64,000 nt of DNA, taken from Desulfurococcaceae archaeon. GTDB taxonomy: Archaea; Thermoproteota; Thermoprotei_A; Sulfolobales; Desulfurococcaceae. Shown here one piece after another: positions 11,042 to 21,798 of this stretch. The stretch's first letter is position 1. Every line of letters begins with the position of its first letter. Below the pieces are notes generated by a model. The model was not told the DNA's origin and did no database searches. It saw only the letters and a list, made by a program, of their open reading frames with translations. The translations under genes and the position numbers were made by a program. The stretch covers positions 32,001 to 96,000 of the forward strand of contig JAWBBW010000002.1 in NCBI GenBank assembly GCA_038824035.1. The letters are read 5' to 3'.

Positions 11042-12274
11042 ATGATGGAAATAATAAATGATCCAAGGGAACTAGAGAAATTGCTTGAATCAAGGGCTAA
11101 AGATCAGCTAAGTCAAGAACTATACAATGAATTATATGTGAAATTAAGAGACCTAATATCAAAGCGCAAATTAACCAGAGAAGATGTTGAGAAAATAATT
11201 GACGAAGTAGTGACGAGATATCATAATTCATTAATCGACCCAGGAGAAGCCGTGGGAACGGTGGCTGCACAAAGTCTCGGAGAGCCATCAACACAGATGA
11301 CATTGAGAGTCTTCCATTATGCCGGAGTAAGGGAATACAACGTAACACTAGGTCTTCCTAGGTTAATAGAGATCGTCGATGCAAGGAAAAAACCAGAAAC
11401 GCCTATCACTGAGATCTATTTAATAGATGATATTAAATACGATCTCGAAAAAGCGAAAAATGTCGCAAGAAGAATTGAGGCAACATTTATAGAGAATATC
11501 TTAGAAGAGATAAACATCGACTTAGCTGAAGGTGTCGCGATCTTAAAGCTAGATCCAGAGATGCTTAGTGACAAAGGCATCGAAATTGACAACGTTATAA
11601 AGGCTCTCCGCGACCTTGAGATAGGTGAGGTAGAAATCTCATCCAAAGATTCGAATATTATAACGATATATCTCAACGAAGAATACTTAGATCCCACGAA
11701 GATTGAGAAATTGCGAAACAAGATATTGAACACTCATTTAAAAGGTATAAAGGAAATAAAGAAAACAATTATTCAGAAACGCGGCGACGAATACGTGATC
11801 ATAGCCGAAGGTAGTAATTTGGAAGAAATAATGAACGTGCCTGGTGTTGACTGGAAAAGAGTATATACGAACGATATACACGAGATCGAGAAAGTCCTCG
11901 GTATCGAAGCTGCCAGAATGGCCATAATGAAAGAAATAAAAAACACACTGGATGATCAAGGGCTAGACGTGGATATAAGACACATAATGCTGTTAGCAGA
12001 TATAATGACCTGGACCGGACATATAAGACAAATCGGTAGAATGGGTATTGCCGGGGAAAAACCGAGTGTGCTAGCAAAAGCGACTTTCGAGACCACTGTG
12101 CAAAAACTGATCGAAAGCGCCATAATGGGGGAAGAAGACAAGTTAACAGGAATAACCGAAAACATTATAATCGGCCAGATAATACCTGTAGGTACGGGCA
12201 TTGTACAACTTTATATGTCTCTTCACCCATCAACGACCAAAGATAAAGAAGAAGCCGGTGATGAGGGTGAGTGA
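11042..12274 (+). CDS. rpoA2: RNA polymerase subunit Rpo1C (A'')
   Basis: [30 protein letters not shown]. Confidence 0.98.
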   Translation: MMEIINDPRELEKLLESRAKDQLSQELYNELYVKLRDLISKRKLTREDVEKIIDEVVTRYHNSLIDPGEAVGTVAAQSLGEPSTQMTLRVFHYAGVREYNVTLGLPRLIEIVDARKKPETPITEIYLIDDIKYDLEKAKNVARRIEATFIENILEEINIDLAEGVAILKLDPEMLSDKGIEIDNVIKALRDLEIGEVEISSKDSNIITIYLNEEYLDPTKIEKLRNKILNTHLKGIKEIKKTIIQKRGDEYVIIAEGSNLEEIMNVPGVDWKRVYTNDIHEIEKVLGIEAARMAIMKEIKNTLDDQGLDVDIRHIMLLADIMTWTGHIRQIGRMGIAGEKPSVLAKATFETTVQKLIESAIMGEEDKLTGITENIIIGQIIPVGTGIVQLYMSLHPSTTKDKEEAGDEGE

Positions 12275-12605
12275 AAGCGAAACCATTGCCACAGAGTTAA
12301 TCCGGGCTATACAAATCGCAGCAAGAACTGGATACACGGTGTACGGGCTAAGGCAGGTGAAGAAATTGGTTTTGCATGGAAAAGCCAAGGCAATTGTGAT
12401 AGCTTCAAACATTCAACCGGATGCTAAGAGAGACCTCACATATTATGCTAAACTCGGAAACATACCTATATTGTTATTTCCAGGTACAAACATGGAACTA
12501 GGCGCACTTCTCGGGAGACCCCACAGTATTCAAGCATTGGCGATAATAGATCCTGGGCAATCCAACATATTGGAACTAGCTACTAGAAGGGGTGAACAAC
12601 AATGA
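12261..12605 (+). CDS. rpl30e: 50S ribosomal protein L30e
   Basis: YYAKLGNIP...[13 protein letters not shown]; position after rpoA2; exact start uncertain. Confidence 0.93.
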   Translation: MRVSESETIATELIRAIQIAARTGYTVYGLRQVKKLVLHGKAKAIVIASNIQPDAKRDLTYYAKLGNIPILLFPGTNMELGALLGRPHSIQALAIIDPGQSNILELATRRGEQQ

Positions 12606-13042
12606 ATAAGCAACAAGTGAAGATAACCCCGGATGAATTCAGGTATATGGCTCTATTAAATGAGATAACAGGAGTCGCTGTTAGGGATTGTGTTATAGAC
12701 GAGGAAAACAATCGCATAATATTTTTAGTAAACCCCGAAGACATAGGACGAGCAATAGGCCCTCGTGGATTTTTTGTGCAACAATTAAGAAAATTATTGA
12801 ATAGAAATATTGAGATAGTTGGATATAGTGATAAACTAGATGAACAAATAAGATATGCCCTAGCTCCAGCAAGAGTTAAGGAGGTCAAACTGGTTACCAA
12901 ACCCGATGGAACCAAGGTTGTATACGTAGCTGTGGATCCCAGTGATAAGGCCATTGCAATAGGTAAGAATGGGAAAAACGCTTACCGAGCTAGATTGATT
13001 TTAAAACGACATTTTAACATAGACTCTGTTATAATAGCCTAA
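12602..13042 (+). CDS. nusA: Archaeal NusA (KH domains)
   Basis: AIGPRG and AIGKNGKN KH motifs; operon position. Confidence 0.95.
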   Translation: MNKQQVKITPDEFRYMALLNEITGVAVRDCVIDEENNRIIFLVNPEDIGRAIGPRGFFVQQLRKLLNRNIEIVGYSDKLDEQIRYALAPARVKEVKLVTKPDGTKVVYVAVDPSDKAIAIGKNGKNAYRARLILKRHFNIDSVIIA

Positions 13043-13101
13043 AATTTAAAATAATTCATCATGATTAGTTATAGGGACAAATATGCTTACTGGTGTGATA
13101 T

Positions 13102-13548
13102 ATGCCTGGTAAGAAATCCCCCGCTGGACTCTATGCAGCGAGAAAATTGGTGAAAAAAAGAAAGAAGTTTCAATGGTATCAAAGAGAGTTTAAGAACAGA
13201 ATGCTATTCAAAATGGGATTAATAAAAGATCCGATGGAAGGCGCGCCCATGGCGCGTGGCATTGTGCTTGAAAAAGTAGGTGTTGAATCCCGTAAACCTA
13301 ACTCAGCTGTTAGAAAATGTGTCAGAGTTCAATTAGTTAAAAATGGCAAAGTCGTCACAGCATTCGTCCCACTAGATGGCGGTATAAACTTCATCGATGA
13401 ACACGATGAAGTCATAATAGAGGGTATTGGAGGTACACTAGGAGGTGCGATGGGAGATATTCCAGGAGTCAAATATAAAGTCGTAATGGTTAATGGAGTG
13501 TCGTTAAAGGCCCTATGGCTAGGTAAGAAACAAAAACCTGTCAGGTAA
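13102..13548 (+). CDS. rps12: 30S ribosomal protein S12
   Basis: [25 protein letters not shown]. Confidence 0.98.
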   Translation: MPGKKSPAGLYAARKLVKKRKKFQWYQREFKNRMLFKMGLIKDPMEGAPMARGIVLEKVGVESRKPNSAVRKCVRVQLVKNGKVVTAFVPLDGGINFIDEHDEVIIEGIGGTLGGAMGDIPGVKYKVVMVNGVSLKALWLGKKQKPVR

Positions 13549-13657
13549 TGTTTTTAATATCGCAGGAAAAGTCCTCATCACGAATCTGCACATTACTCAC
13601 AATTTTAAAAACCCTGTGATATATCCTTATCCCACTGAGGGTTACAGGTGTTTAGAC

Positions 13658-14260
13658 TTGGTTACACAGGAATACTCAGCATTGAGCATTAACATTAATG
13701 AAGTAAAATTGTTCAATAAGTGGAGTTACGATTTCGTAGAGATCAGAGATCCTAGCTTAAAGCGATATATCTGTTTAAAGCCAGTATACTTACCACATAC
13801 TGGGGGGAGGCATGAGCACAGGAGATTTGGAAAAGCAGAAGTACCTATTGTGGAGAGATTGATAAATAAGCTAATGCGGCCGGGAAGAAATATGGGCAAG
13901 AAGCACTTAGCCTACAATATCGTAAAAAAAGCGTTTGATATAATTTATTTGAAAACCGGTGAAAACCCTATACAAGTATTAATACGTGCTATTGAAAATA
14001 CAGCTCCTCGCGAGGAAACAACCAGGATAATGTATGGCGGTATTACCTATCACGTCTCTGTTGATATTTCACCTCTCAGAAGGATAGATCTCGCGTTGAG
14101 ACATCTCACAGAAGGTGCTAGATTAAAGGCCTTTAACAATCCATTGCCTATAGAGGAAGCATTAGCCGAGGAAATAATACTTGCTAGCAATAATGACCCC
14201 AAGAGCTATGCTGTACAGAAAAAAGAAGAAATAGAAAGAATAGCTTTGAGCAGTAGATAA
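13658..14260 (+). CDS. rps7: 30S ribosomal protein S7
   Basis: [28 protein letters not shown]; TTG start after AGGTG. Confidence 0.96.
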   Translation: MVTQEYSALSININEVKLFNKWSYDFVEIRDPSLKRYICLKPVYLPHTGGRHEHRRFGKAEVPIVERLINKLMRPGRNMGKKHLAYNIVKKAFDIIYLKTGENPIQVLIRAIENTAPREETTRIMYGGITYHVSVDISPLRRIDLALRHLTEGARLKAFNNPLPIEEALAEEIILASNNDPKSYAVQKKEEIERIALSSR

Positions 14261-14349
14261 GGATTTAACGCCTTAATTTTCCATGAGATTTATAAATACC
14301 TAACTCTATTTACATCTTGTTGAGTGATAAAAACTGGAACAGGTGTTAC

Positions 14350-15672
14350 ATGATGAGCGGGGCACTTCAAAAGCCACATTTGAACTTAATAATAATAGGA
14401 CATGTAGATCATGGAAAAAGTACTATGACAGGGCAATTGTTATACCGTCTAGGATATTTTGATGAAAAAACACTAAAAGATATCGAAGAACAAGCCAAGA
14501 AAATAGGCAAAGAGAGCTTTAAATTTGCATGGTTATTAGATAAACTGAAAGAAGAACGTGAACGTGGACTAACTATAGCGTTATCCTACATGAAATTCGA
14601 GACAAAGAAATACTTCTTCACGATAATAGATGCACCAGGTCACAGAGACTTCGTTAAAAATATGATCACGGGAGCTAGTCAGGCCGATGCTGCTATTCTC
14701 GTAGTAAGTGCCAGGAAAGGAGAATATGAGGCTGGAATGAGTGCCGAAGGGCAAACCCGCGAACACGCGATCTTAGCTAAAACAATGGGCATAAATCAAT
14801 TGATTGTAGCCATTAACAAGATGGATGCCACAGAGCCTCCTTATAGTCAAAAGAGATATGAAGAGATCAAAGAAGTTCTTTCAAAATTCCTCAAGAGCAT
14901 TGGATACGATCCATCCAAGATACCATTTATACCAATATCTGCCTGGACTGGTGAAAACATAATAGAGAGATCGCCCAATATGCCGTGGTATAATGGACCA
15001 GTATTAGTAGAGGCCTTGGATCTCTTGCAAGTCCCGCCAAAGCCCATTGATAAACCACTTAGAGTCCCGATTCAAGATGTATATAATATCTCAGGTATAG
15101 GTACCGTGGCTGTAGGTAGAGTTGAATCAGGGATATTAAAAACAGGTGACAGAGTATCGATAATGCCACCCGGACTCGTAGCCGAGGTCAAGAGCATAGA
15201 GACACACCACATGAGGATAGAAAAAGCAGAACCCGGTGACAACATAGGTTTCAACTTGAAGGGCGTTGAAAGGAAAGATCTTAAACGTGGCGATGTGGTA
15301 GGCCCAATTGATGCTCCACCAACCGTGGTAGATGAATTCACAGCCAGAGTAATGATAATATGGCATCCAACAGCCATAGCAGTTGGATACACCCCAGTGA
15401 TACATGTTCACACAGCAAGTGTTGCATGCAGGATCACAGAGATATTATCTAAGATTGATCCAAGGACTGGTAAAGAAGTGGAGAAAAACCCACAGTTCAT
15501 TAAACAAGGCGATATAGCTGTTGTCAAATTCAAACCAATAAAGCCATTGGTAGTTGAGAAATATGCCGAGTTCCCAGGATTGGGCAGATTTGCTATGAGA
15601 GATATGGGTAAGACCATAGGAATAGGACAGGTAATAGAAATTAAGCCCGCTCAGGTCACAATAAAGAAGTAG
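14350..15672 (+). CDS. tuf: Translation elongation factor EF-1 alpha
   Basis: GHVDHGKST, DAPGHRDF, NKMD, GRFAMRD. Confidence 0.99.
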   Translation: MMSGALQKPHLNLIIIGHVDHGKSTMTGQLLYRLGYFDEKTLKDIEEQAKKIGKESFKFAWLLDKLKEERERGLTIALSYMKFETKKYFFTIIDAPGHRDFVKNMITGASQADAAILVVSARKGEYEAGMSAEGQTREHAILAKTMGINQLIVAINKMDATEPPYSQKRYEEIKEVLSKFLKSIGYDPSKIPFIPISAWTGENIIERSPNMPWYNGPVLVEALDLLQVPPKPIDKPLRVPIQDVYNISGIGTVAVGRVESGILKTGDRVSIMPPGLVAEVKSIETHHMRIEKAEPGDNIGFNLKGVERKDLKRGDVVGPIDAPPTVVDEFTARVMIIWHPTAIAVGYTPVIHVHTASVACRITEILSKIDPRTGKEVEKNPQFIKQGDIAVVKFKPIKPLVVEKYAEFPGLGRFAMRDMGKTIGIGQVIEIKPAQVTIKK

Positions 15673-15783
15673 AGAAACCAATATGCGCATTTTTGTCCAT
15701 GAGCATATAATAAACTTTTTAAGACCTTGTTATATCCACACTTCTATCTAGGGGGACTGGTAAATTATTTAGGATGATCAAAG

Positions 15784-16095
15784 ATGTCGAGCCAAAGAAT
15801 GGTAAAGATCAAAATATGGAGCACTAATGTGAAAATCTTAGAGGAATTTGTCAACAAAATGGTTGAGATCGTTAAAAAAACCGGTGTCAGCATGCGAGGA
15901 CCTATACCTTTACCTACAAAAAAGTTGCAGGTTAGGACACTGAAACTGCCTCATGGTGAGGGCAAGAAAAAATACGAGAAATGGGAAATGAGGATCCATA
16001 AGAGATTACTCTATATAGCCGAAGACGAGAGAGTGATGAAACAGCTTATCAGAGTACGGGTACCGCCCGAAATATGGATGGAAATAGAACTATAA
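15784..16095 (+). CDS. rps10: 30S ribosomal protein S10
   Basis: GPIPLPTK, WEMRIHKRL. Confidence 0.97.
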   Translation: MSSQRMVKIKIWSTNVKILEEFVNKMVEIVKKTGVSMRGPIPLPTKKLQVRTLKLPHGEGKKKYEKWEMRIHKRLLYIAEDERVMKQLIRVRVPPEIWMEIEL

Positions 16096-16144
16096 GTGGA
16101 TGTAACAAATTTAAGTCTTTTCCAAGGAGATATCAAATAGGAGT

Positions 16145-16248
16145 GCCGGGGTGCCCGAGCGGCCTAAGGGGCTGGCCTGGAGTTTGATCATATTACAGCA
16201 AGCCAGTGCCCCGAAAGGGGCGCGCGGGTTCGAATCCCGCCCCCGGCG
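16145..16248 (+). tRNA. tRNA-Ser(GGA) with 18-nt 37/38 intron (16183-16200)
   Basis: Long variable arm GCCCC-GAAA-GGGGC, G73; CTGGC CT GGA G [intron] A GCCAG; lies after rps10. Confidence 0.9.
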
Positions 16249-16345
16249 TTATTCGTATTGCTTCATCCCATTGATTACGTTTATAAGTTTATAAACACAT
16301 TTAGCCCTCTAGTTATGAGTTAGCCGATGTTAATTTGATTATACG

Positions 16346-16831
16346 GTGAAGAAATTGAGTGCTAGGAGAACATTTAGGCAAATAATCAGGTTGCTCGACA
16401 CGGACATAGATGGTGAATTACCATTGATATATGGTTTATCCGAGGTTAAAGGCATTGGATATTCATTTGCAAATGCGATATGCAAAACAATAGGGCTTGA
16501 TCCATTTATGTTAACAGGGTATTTAACAGACGAGGAAGTGAAGCGCATTGAAGATGTCACTAAAAACCCCAAGAAATATGAAATTCCGTCCTGGATGTAT
16601 AACAGAAGGAAAGACTACTCCACCGGAGAGGACCTGCACTTAAATGGTGCTACGTTATTATTGTACGTGAAGGAAGATATAGAGCGAGAGAAAAGAATAA
16701 AGAGCTGGCGTGGCATAAGGCATGCACTTGGATTGAAAGTTAGAGGCCAGAGAACGCGCACAACTGGTAGAACAGGCATTACTGTTGGTGTTAAAAGAAA
16801 GAAAACCCAGCAACAGAGCAGTAGCAAATAG
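16346..16831 (+). CDS. rps13: 30S ribosomal protein S13
   Basis: VKGIG, RGIRHALGLKVRGQRTRTTGR. Confidence 0.97.
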   Translation: MKKLSARRTFRQIIRLLDTDIDGELPLIYGLSEVKGIGYSFANAICKTIGLDPFMLTGYLTDEEVKRIEDVTKNPKKYEIPSWMYNRRKDYSTGEDLHLNGATLLLYVKEDIEREKRIKSWRGIRHALGLKVRGQRTRTTGRTGITVGVKRKKTQQQSSSK

Positions 16832-16844
16832 CACAGGTGATTAA

Positions 16845-17351
16845 ATGGGAGATCCCCGTAAACCCAGAAAAACCTGGACAGGTCCACGCCACCCCTGGAG
16901 AAAAGATGTATTGATGTATGAATCAAGGTTAATAGGAATATATGGGCTAAGGAACAAGAGAGAATTATGGAAAGCTGCAACCATTGTCAGATACTTCAGG
17001 CATAGAGCAAGATCACTTTTAGCAGCACCCCCAGATATTCGTAGCAAAGAGGAGAAGTCATTGTTAGACAGATTAGTCAAGTTAGGGTTGTTAAAAGAGG
17101 GCTCAAAACTAGAGGATGTTTTGAACCTCAAGGTAGAAGACCTTCTGGAAAGGAGATTACAAACAATAGTGTTCAGAAAAGGCCTCGCCAAGTCAATATA
17201 CGAGGCCAGGCAACTAATAGTTCACGGACATATAGCAATTGGAACTAGAAGGATTAGAAGCCCTGGTTACATTGTCTCAATAGATGAAGAGCTGCTTGTG
17301 AACTACTACTTATTAAGCCCAATGGCCAAAACCAGCTTAACCACTAATTAG
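16845..17351 (+). CDS. rps4: 30S ribosomal protein S4
   Basis: MGDPRK, YGLRNKRELW, LERRLQTIV, ARQLIVHGHI. Confidence 0.97.
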   Translation: MGDPRKPRKTWTGPRHPWRKDVLMYESRLIGIYGLRNKRELWKAATIVRYFRHRARSLLAAPPDIRSKEEKSLLDRLVKLGLLKEGSKLEDVLNLKVEDLLERRLQTIVFRKGLAKSIYEARQLIVHGHIAIGTRRIRSPGYIVSIDEELLVNYYLLSPMAKTSLTTN

Positions 17352-17355
17352 GTGA

Positions 17356-17763
17356 ATGGCCATGTCATTTGTATCGAGAGAACTCAAATGGGGAATAGCA
17401 CATATCTATAGTAGTCCCAATAACACCATAATACATATAACGGATCTTTCAGGAGCCGAGACTGTAAGCAGATATAGCGGTGGCATGGTCGTTAAAGCTG
17501 ATAGAGAGAAACCAAGTCCGTATGCGGCAATGTTGGCGGCGGCTAAAACCGCTTCAGAAAGCATGGATAAAGGCATCACAGCAATACATATCAAGGTGAG
17601 AGCGCCGGGGGGACATGGTCCTAAAACGCCAGGTCCAGGAGCGCAGGCCGCAATCAGAGCTTTGGCCAGGGCTGGTTTCATAATAGGCAGAATAGAAGAC
17701 GTTACGCCAATACCACATGACACCACACGTAGACCAGGTGGTAGAAGAGGTAGAAGACTATAG
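17356..17763 (+). CDS. rps11: 30S ribosomal protein S11
   Basis: [31 protein letters not shown]. Confidence 0.98.
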   Translation: MAMSFVSRELKWGIAHIYSSPNNTIIHITDLSGAETVSRYSGGMVVKADREKPSPYAAMLAAAKTASESMDKGITAIHIKVRAPGGHGPKTPGPGAQAAIRALARAGFIIGRIEDVTPIPHDTTRRPGGRRGRRL

Positions 17764-17782
17764 TGGAAAGAGGTGCCTGTTC

Positions 17783-18628
17783 TTGGAAATACAAATACTG
17801 GAAAATACTCCGCGCTCTGTGAAACTATATATAAAAGGAATAAAACTTCACGTGTTAAATTCTATTAGAAGAGTTATGATAAGTGATGTGCCTACTATGG
17901 CAATAGATTATGTAATTTTCATGGAAAACTCCAGCGTATTCTACGACGAATACCTAGCCCATAGATTAGGCCTAATACCGTTAAAAAGCGATATTGCTCT
18001 TGAAAAGTACAAACCCCCAGAAGAATGTGCTGAAGCAGGTGAGAAAGGGGTTTTCTCGGAAGATTGTTTCGCTAAATTTGATCTAGAAGCCGAGGGGCCA
18101 GAATCAGGTAAACTTGTCGTTTATAGTAAAGACCTTATACCAAGTGATCCAAGCGTAGTACCTGTATATGACAATATACCTATAGCCGAGCTTGTAAAAG
18201 GCCAAAGGATCAAATTAGAAGCATACGCTAGGCTGGGGAGAGGTAGAGAGCATATAAAATGGAGCCCTGTTTCTGTGGCTACACATAAGTTTATCCCTAT
18301 CATAACGATACATAGTGAAAGATGTCTTGGAAACGCGTGCTTAAAATGCGTGAATGCCTGCCCTCGCAACGTATTCATAGTCGTGAACAATAACGTTATA
18401 GTTGATGAAACGAGTAAACTCAAGTGTAATTTCTGTAAGTTATGTGAAGAGATATGCCCTAATAATGCCATAAGAGTGTCCTATAAGGAGAACGAGTTTA
18501 TCCTAAACATCGAACTCGTCAATTCCCTTAGCGCTAAAAATGTTTTAATAACTGCTATATCAATTCTCAACAAGAAAATAGAGGAGTTCAAAGCCATGTT
18601 GATAAAACATGGTGTCTTAAATGAATAG
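17783..18628 (+). CDS. rpoD: RNA polymerase subunit Rpo3 (D) with ferredoxin-like Fe-S domain
   Basis: NSIRR, DEYLAHRLGLIPL, CLKCVNACP and CNFCKLCEEICP; TTG start after GAGGTG. Confidence 0.96.
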   Translation: MEIQILENTPRSVKLYIKGIKLHVLNSIRRVMISDVPTMAIDYVIFMENSSVFYDEYLAHRLGLIPLKSDIALEKYKPPEECAEAGEKGVFSEDCFAKFDLEAEGPESGKLVVYSKDLIPSDPSVVPVYDNIPIAELVKGQRIKLEAYARLGRGREHIKWSPVSVATHKFIPIITIHSERCLGNACLKCVNACPRNVFIVVNNNVIVDETSKLKCNFCKLCEEICPNNAIRVSYKENEFILNIELVNSLSAKNVLITAISILNKKIEEFKAMLIKHGVLNE

Positions 18629-18989
18629 CCATGAAATCAAAAAGACAAACATGATTCTACGTAGACTAATAAGGGAGCTTCGAAAATATGCAAGGACGTA
18701 TAATGCAAAAATATGGTTAGCTGTTGCAGAGGAACTTGAAAAACCACGTAGAAAAATGAGAGTTGTCAACATAAGCAGGATAAATAGGCATACTTTGCCC
18801 CACGATTACGTAGTAGTTCCAGGCAAAGTTCTAGGAGCTGGTGAACTAGATCATCCGGTTGTGGTCGCTGCATTTAAATTCTCAAAATCCGCTATTGAGA
18901 AAATCAAAAAAGCGGGAGGTATTCCAATCGATCTATTCCAAGCATTAAGAGAGCGACCACATGGTTCAAATGTAAAGATTGTAGGGTGA
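18621..18989 (+). CDS. rpl18e: 50S ribosomal protein L18e
   Basis: VNISRINR, VVVPGKVLGAG. Confidence 0.97.
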   Translation: MNSHEIKKTNMILRRLIRELRKYARTYNAKIWLAVAEELEKPRRKMRVVNISRINRHTLPHDYVVVPGKVLGAGELDHPVVVAAFKFSKSAIEKIKKAGGIPIDLFQALRERPHGSNVKIVG

Positions 18990-18996
18990 GTGATGC

Positions 18997-19449
18997 ATGG
19001 TTGAGAAAAAAGAACTTTATATAGATGCGACTAATCAAATCCTAGGTAGATTAGCTAGTATTGTGGCTAAAAAACTACTCGAAGGCTATAAAGTATATGT
19101 TGTCAATGTTGAAAAATCCATCGTGAGTGGTGAGAGAAATAGGGTGATCAATGGATATAAATTATATTTCAAAGTGAGGACCCACCTTAATCCTGAGAAA
19201 TACGGTGTTAGAAGACCTAGAAATCCCATAAACATATTCAAACGAGCTGTAAGAGGTATGTTGCCAATGGATAAGCCCAAGGGCAGAGAGGCATTCAAGC
19301 GATTAAAGGCATATATTGGAGTACCTCCAGAAATGTCCAATACCGAGTTCACGAGGTTCCCAGAGGCAGATGCATCGAGGCTTAAAGGTAGATATATAAC
19401 AGTTGCTGAAATAGCCTTAGCAATGGGATGGAGAGGTGTAGTTAAATGA
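18997..19449 (+). CDS. rpl13: 50S ribosomal protein L13
   Basis: LGRLASIVAK, RAVRGMLP. Confidence 0.97.
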   Translation: MVEKKELYIDATNQILGRLASIVAKKLLEGYKVYVVNVEKSIVSGERNRVINGYKLYFKVRTHLNPEKYGVRRPRNPINIFKRAVRGMLPMDKPKGREAFKRLKAYIGVPPEMSNTEFTRFPEADASRLKGRYITVAEIALAMGWRGVVK

Positions 19450-19871
19450 GCGATGTTTCTAATGTCCTAGAAGCAAAAATCGTGGTAGCAACAGGTAAGA
19501 GAAAGACAAGCATAGCTAGAGCCGTGATAAGACCCGGTGAGGGAAGGGTTTGGATAAATAATACACCCATAGAGATATGGCCTATTGAAATGGCACGGGA
19601 AAAAATTATGGAACCTTTGCGTTTAGTGGGAGATCTTCGGAAACTAGTAGATATAAAGGTGAGTGTCAAAGGAGGCGGAGTGATGAGCCAGGCTGAAGCA
19701 TGCAGAATTGCAATAGCTCGAGGATTAGTCGAGTATTTCAACAATGACGAGATAAAGACGATCCTCAAGGAATATGACAGGCATATGTTAGCGGGAGATC
19801 CCCGTAGAACAGAACCAGAAAAATGGGGGAGATATAGCGCTAGGAGAAGGTGGCAAAAAAGTTACAGATAG
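19446..19871 (+). CDS. rps9: 30S ribosomal protein S9
   Basis: [23 protein letters not shown]. Confidence 0.98.
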   Translation: MSDVSNVLEAKIVVATGKRKTSIARAVIRPGEGRVWINNTPIEIWPIEMAREKIMEPLRLVGDLRKLVDIKVSVKGGGVMSQAEACRIAIARGLVEYFNNDEIKTILKEYDRHMLAGDPRRTEPEKWGRYSARRRWQKSYR

Positions 19872-19879
19872 TGATCACG

Positions 19880-20080
19880 ATGTTGTTCCCAGTTAGATGT
19901 TTTACATGTGGAGCACCAATAGGACATCTGTGGGATGAGTATAAGAAACGAGTTCAAAATGGCGAAGACCCATGCAAAGTCTTAGATGAACTTGGCATAA
20001 AAAGATATTGTTGTAGACGAATGTTTTTATCACATGTAGATATAGTCCAGGATGTATTACACTTCCCAAAGATATCGTGA
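19880..20080 (+). CDS. rpoN: RNA polymerase subunit Rpo10 (N)
   Basis: [15 protein letters not shown]. Confidence 0.97.
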   Translation: MLFPVRCFTCGAPIGHLWDEYKKRVQNGEDPCKVLDELGIKRYCCRRMFLSHVDIVQDVLHFPKIS

Positions 20081-20099
20081 AATCGGAGAGGTGAGATTT

Positions 20100-20741
20100 G
20101 TGTCAAACGATGAGACCAGCAGAGATATTCAACACATACCCAGTGTAATAGAGCTATTAGTGCCCATAGATAAATACCTATCGGCAGGTGTCCATATAGG
20201 GACACATATTTGCACCAAGTTCATGGAACCTTTCGTATATAGAGTTCGTTCAGATGGTATATACATATTGGATGTTAGAAAAATCGATGAAAGGCTTAGA
20301 ACAGCAGGTAGATTCCTCGCGAGATTTGAGCCAGATAAAATAGCGGTTGTCTCGGTTAGACAATATGGCAAGAAACCCGTGAGTAAAATGTGCCAATATA
20401 TCAATTGCAAGGCCTTCACTGGTAGATTCTTGCCAGGTACTTTTACAAATCCAAGTCTAGAATGGTATTTTGAACCCGATGTCGTAGTGTTGACTGATAC
20501 CAGAGCTGATCTCCAGGCATTGAAAGAAGCATCAGAGATAGGAATACCCATAGTGGCGTTTTGCGACACCGATAACGTCACCAATTACGTGGAGCTAGTA
20601 ATCCCAGGAAATAATAAAGGCCGGAAAAGTCTCGCATTGCTTTATTGGATACTCACAAGGCAAATATTGAGAGAACGCGGCGTTATCGCCCCAAATGCCG
20701 ATCTTCCAGAACAGCCATCAGAGTTCGAGACAACGCTCTAG
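20100..20741 (+). CDS. rps2: 30S ribosomal protein S2
   Basis: [29 protein letters not shown]; GTG start after GAGGTGA. Confidence 0.96.
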   Translation: MSNDETSRDIQHIPSVIELLVPIDKYLSAGVHIGTHICTKFMEPFVYRVRSDGIYILDVRKIDERLRTAGRFLARFEPDKIAVVSVRQYGKKPVSKMCQYINCKAFTGRFLPGTFTNPSLEWYFEPDVVVLTDTRADLQALKEASEIGIPIVAFCDTDNVTNYVELVIPGNNKGRKSLALLYWILTRQILRERGVIAPNADLPEQPSEFETTL

Positions 20742-20858
20742 GACTTTCCAACTTTTGATTCAGTTAGAAGTTCTATAGAATTGGGCTAAGTGAACAACTG
20801 CCGTGTTTTCATTAATTATCTATTATTTCTTTTATATTTTACAGAGATGGTGTATGTG

Positions 20859-21722
20859 ATGAGAATTCGAAAACCAGTAGTGGCTGGGTTTTTCTATCCA
20901 AGTGATAAAAATGACCTTATAAGAACCATAGAGTGGTCTTTCAAACACAACCTAGGTCCAGGGGAATTGCCAAAACCTGTTGAAACCAAGAGAACTAATA
21001 CCATAGGGTACATAGCGCCTCATGCCGGGTACATATACAGTGGCCCTATAGCTGCACACGTATTTTACAACATGGGACTAGATGATGTGCCTGACACAGT
21101 AATTATATTGGGAACTAATCATACAGGCTATGGGAAGCCCGTATCAATTTACCCATCAGGCGTTTGGGAAACGCCGCTCGGATTGCTTGAGGTCGACAAG
21201 GAATTGGCAATGAAAGTATCCGAAGTCAGTGAAATAGCAGATCTGGATATATATGCTCATTTGGAAGAACATTCTGTCGAGGTACAATTACCATTTATTC
21301 AATACCTATACCAATACGTGTACAAACGCGAAGTAAAAATCCTGCCAATTGTAATTGGAATACATACTCCTGATGTTGCAAGGGATTTGGCGAAATCTAT
21401 ATTGAATTCTATTAAAGAGTTGAATAGAAAGGCCCTGGTTCTCGCGAGCAGTGATTTCAATCATTACGAACCCCATGAAGTGACTATAAGAAAGGACATG
21501 AATGCTATTAAAAAGGTGCTTGAACTAGACACTGTCGGTTTTTACAACACCATTATTGATGAAAACATAAGTATATGTGGGCCTGGAGGCATAATGGTCC
21601 TCATGGAAATCGCGAAGGCTTGTAAAGGCACAGCAATACTCTTAAGACACGCAACAAGCGGTGATATATCAGGAGATAAATCGGCTGTAGTGGGATATGC
21701 CGCTATAAGATTTCAGAGCTAA
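20859..21722 (+). CDS. MEMO1/AmmeMemoRadiSam protein B family
   Basis: VAGFFYP, PHAGYIYSG, EHSVEVQLPF, SSDFNHY, CGPG, VVGYA. Confidence 0.93.
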   Translation: MRIRKPVVAGFFYPSDKNDLIRTIEWSFKHNLGPGELPKPVETKRTNTIGYIAPHAGYIYSGPIAAHVFYNMGLDDVPDTVIILGTNHTGYGKPVSIYPSGVWETPLGLLEVDKELAMKVSEVSEIADLDIYAHLEEHSVEVQLPFIQYLYQYVYKREVKILPIVIGIHTPDVARDLAKSILNSIKELNRKALVLASSDFNHYEPHEVTIRKDMNAIKKVLELDTVGFYNTIIDENISICGPGGIMVLMEIAKACKGTAILLRHATSGDISGDKSAVVGYAAIRFQS

Positions 21723-21798
21723 TTGCAGATCCAAGTGATTTTCCAATGTTGCTTATTAGTCTATTATCCTTTTTTATCTAATATTATGATGTTCATTA

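Noticed and set aside
20748-20812. Hairpin after rps2 and minus-strand ATGAAAA...CTGA
   Set aside because: AU/GU-rich stem and degenerate boxes; compatible with chance.
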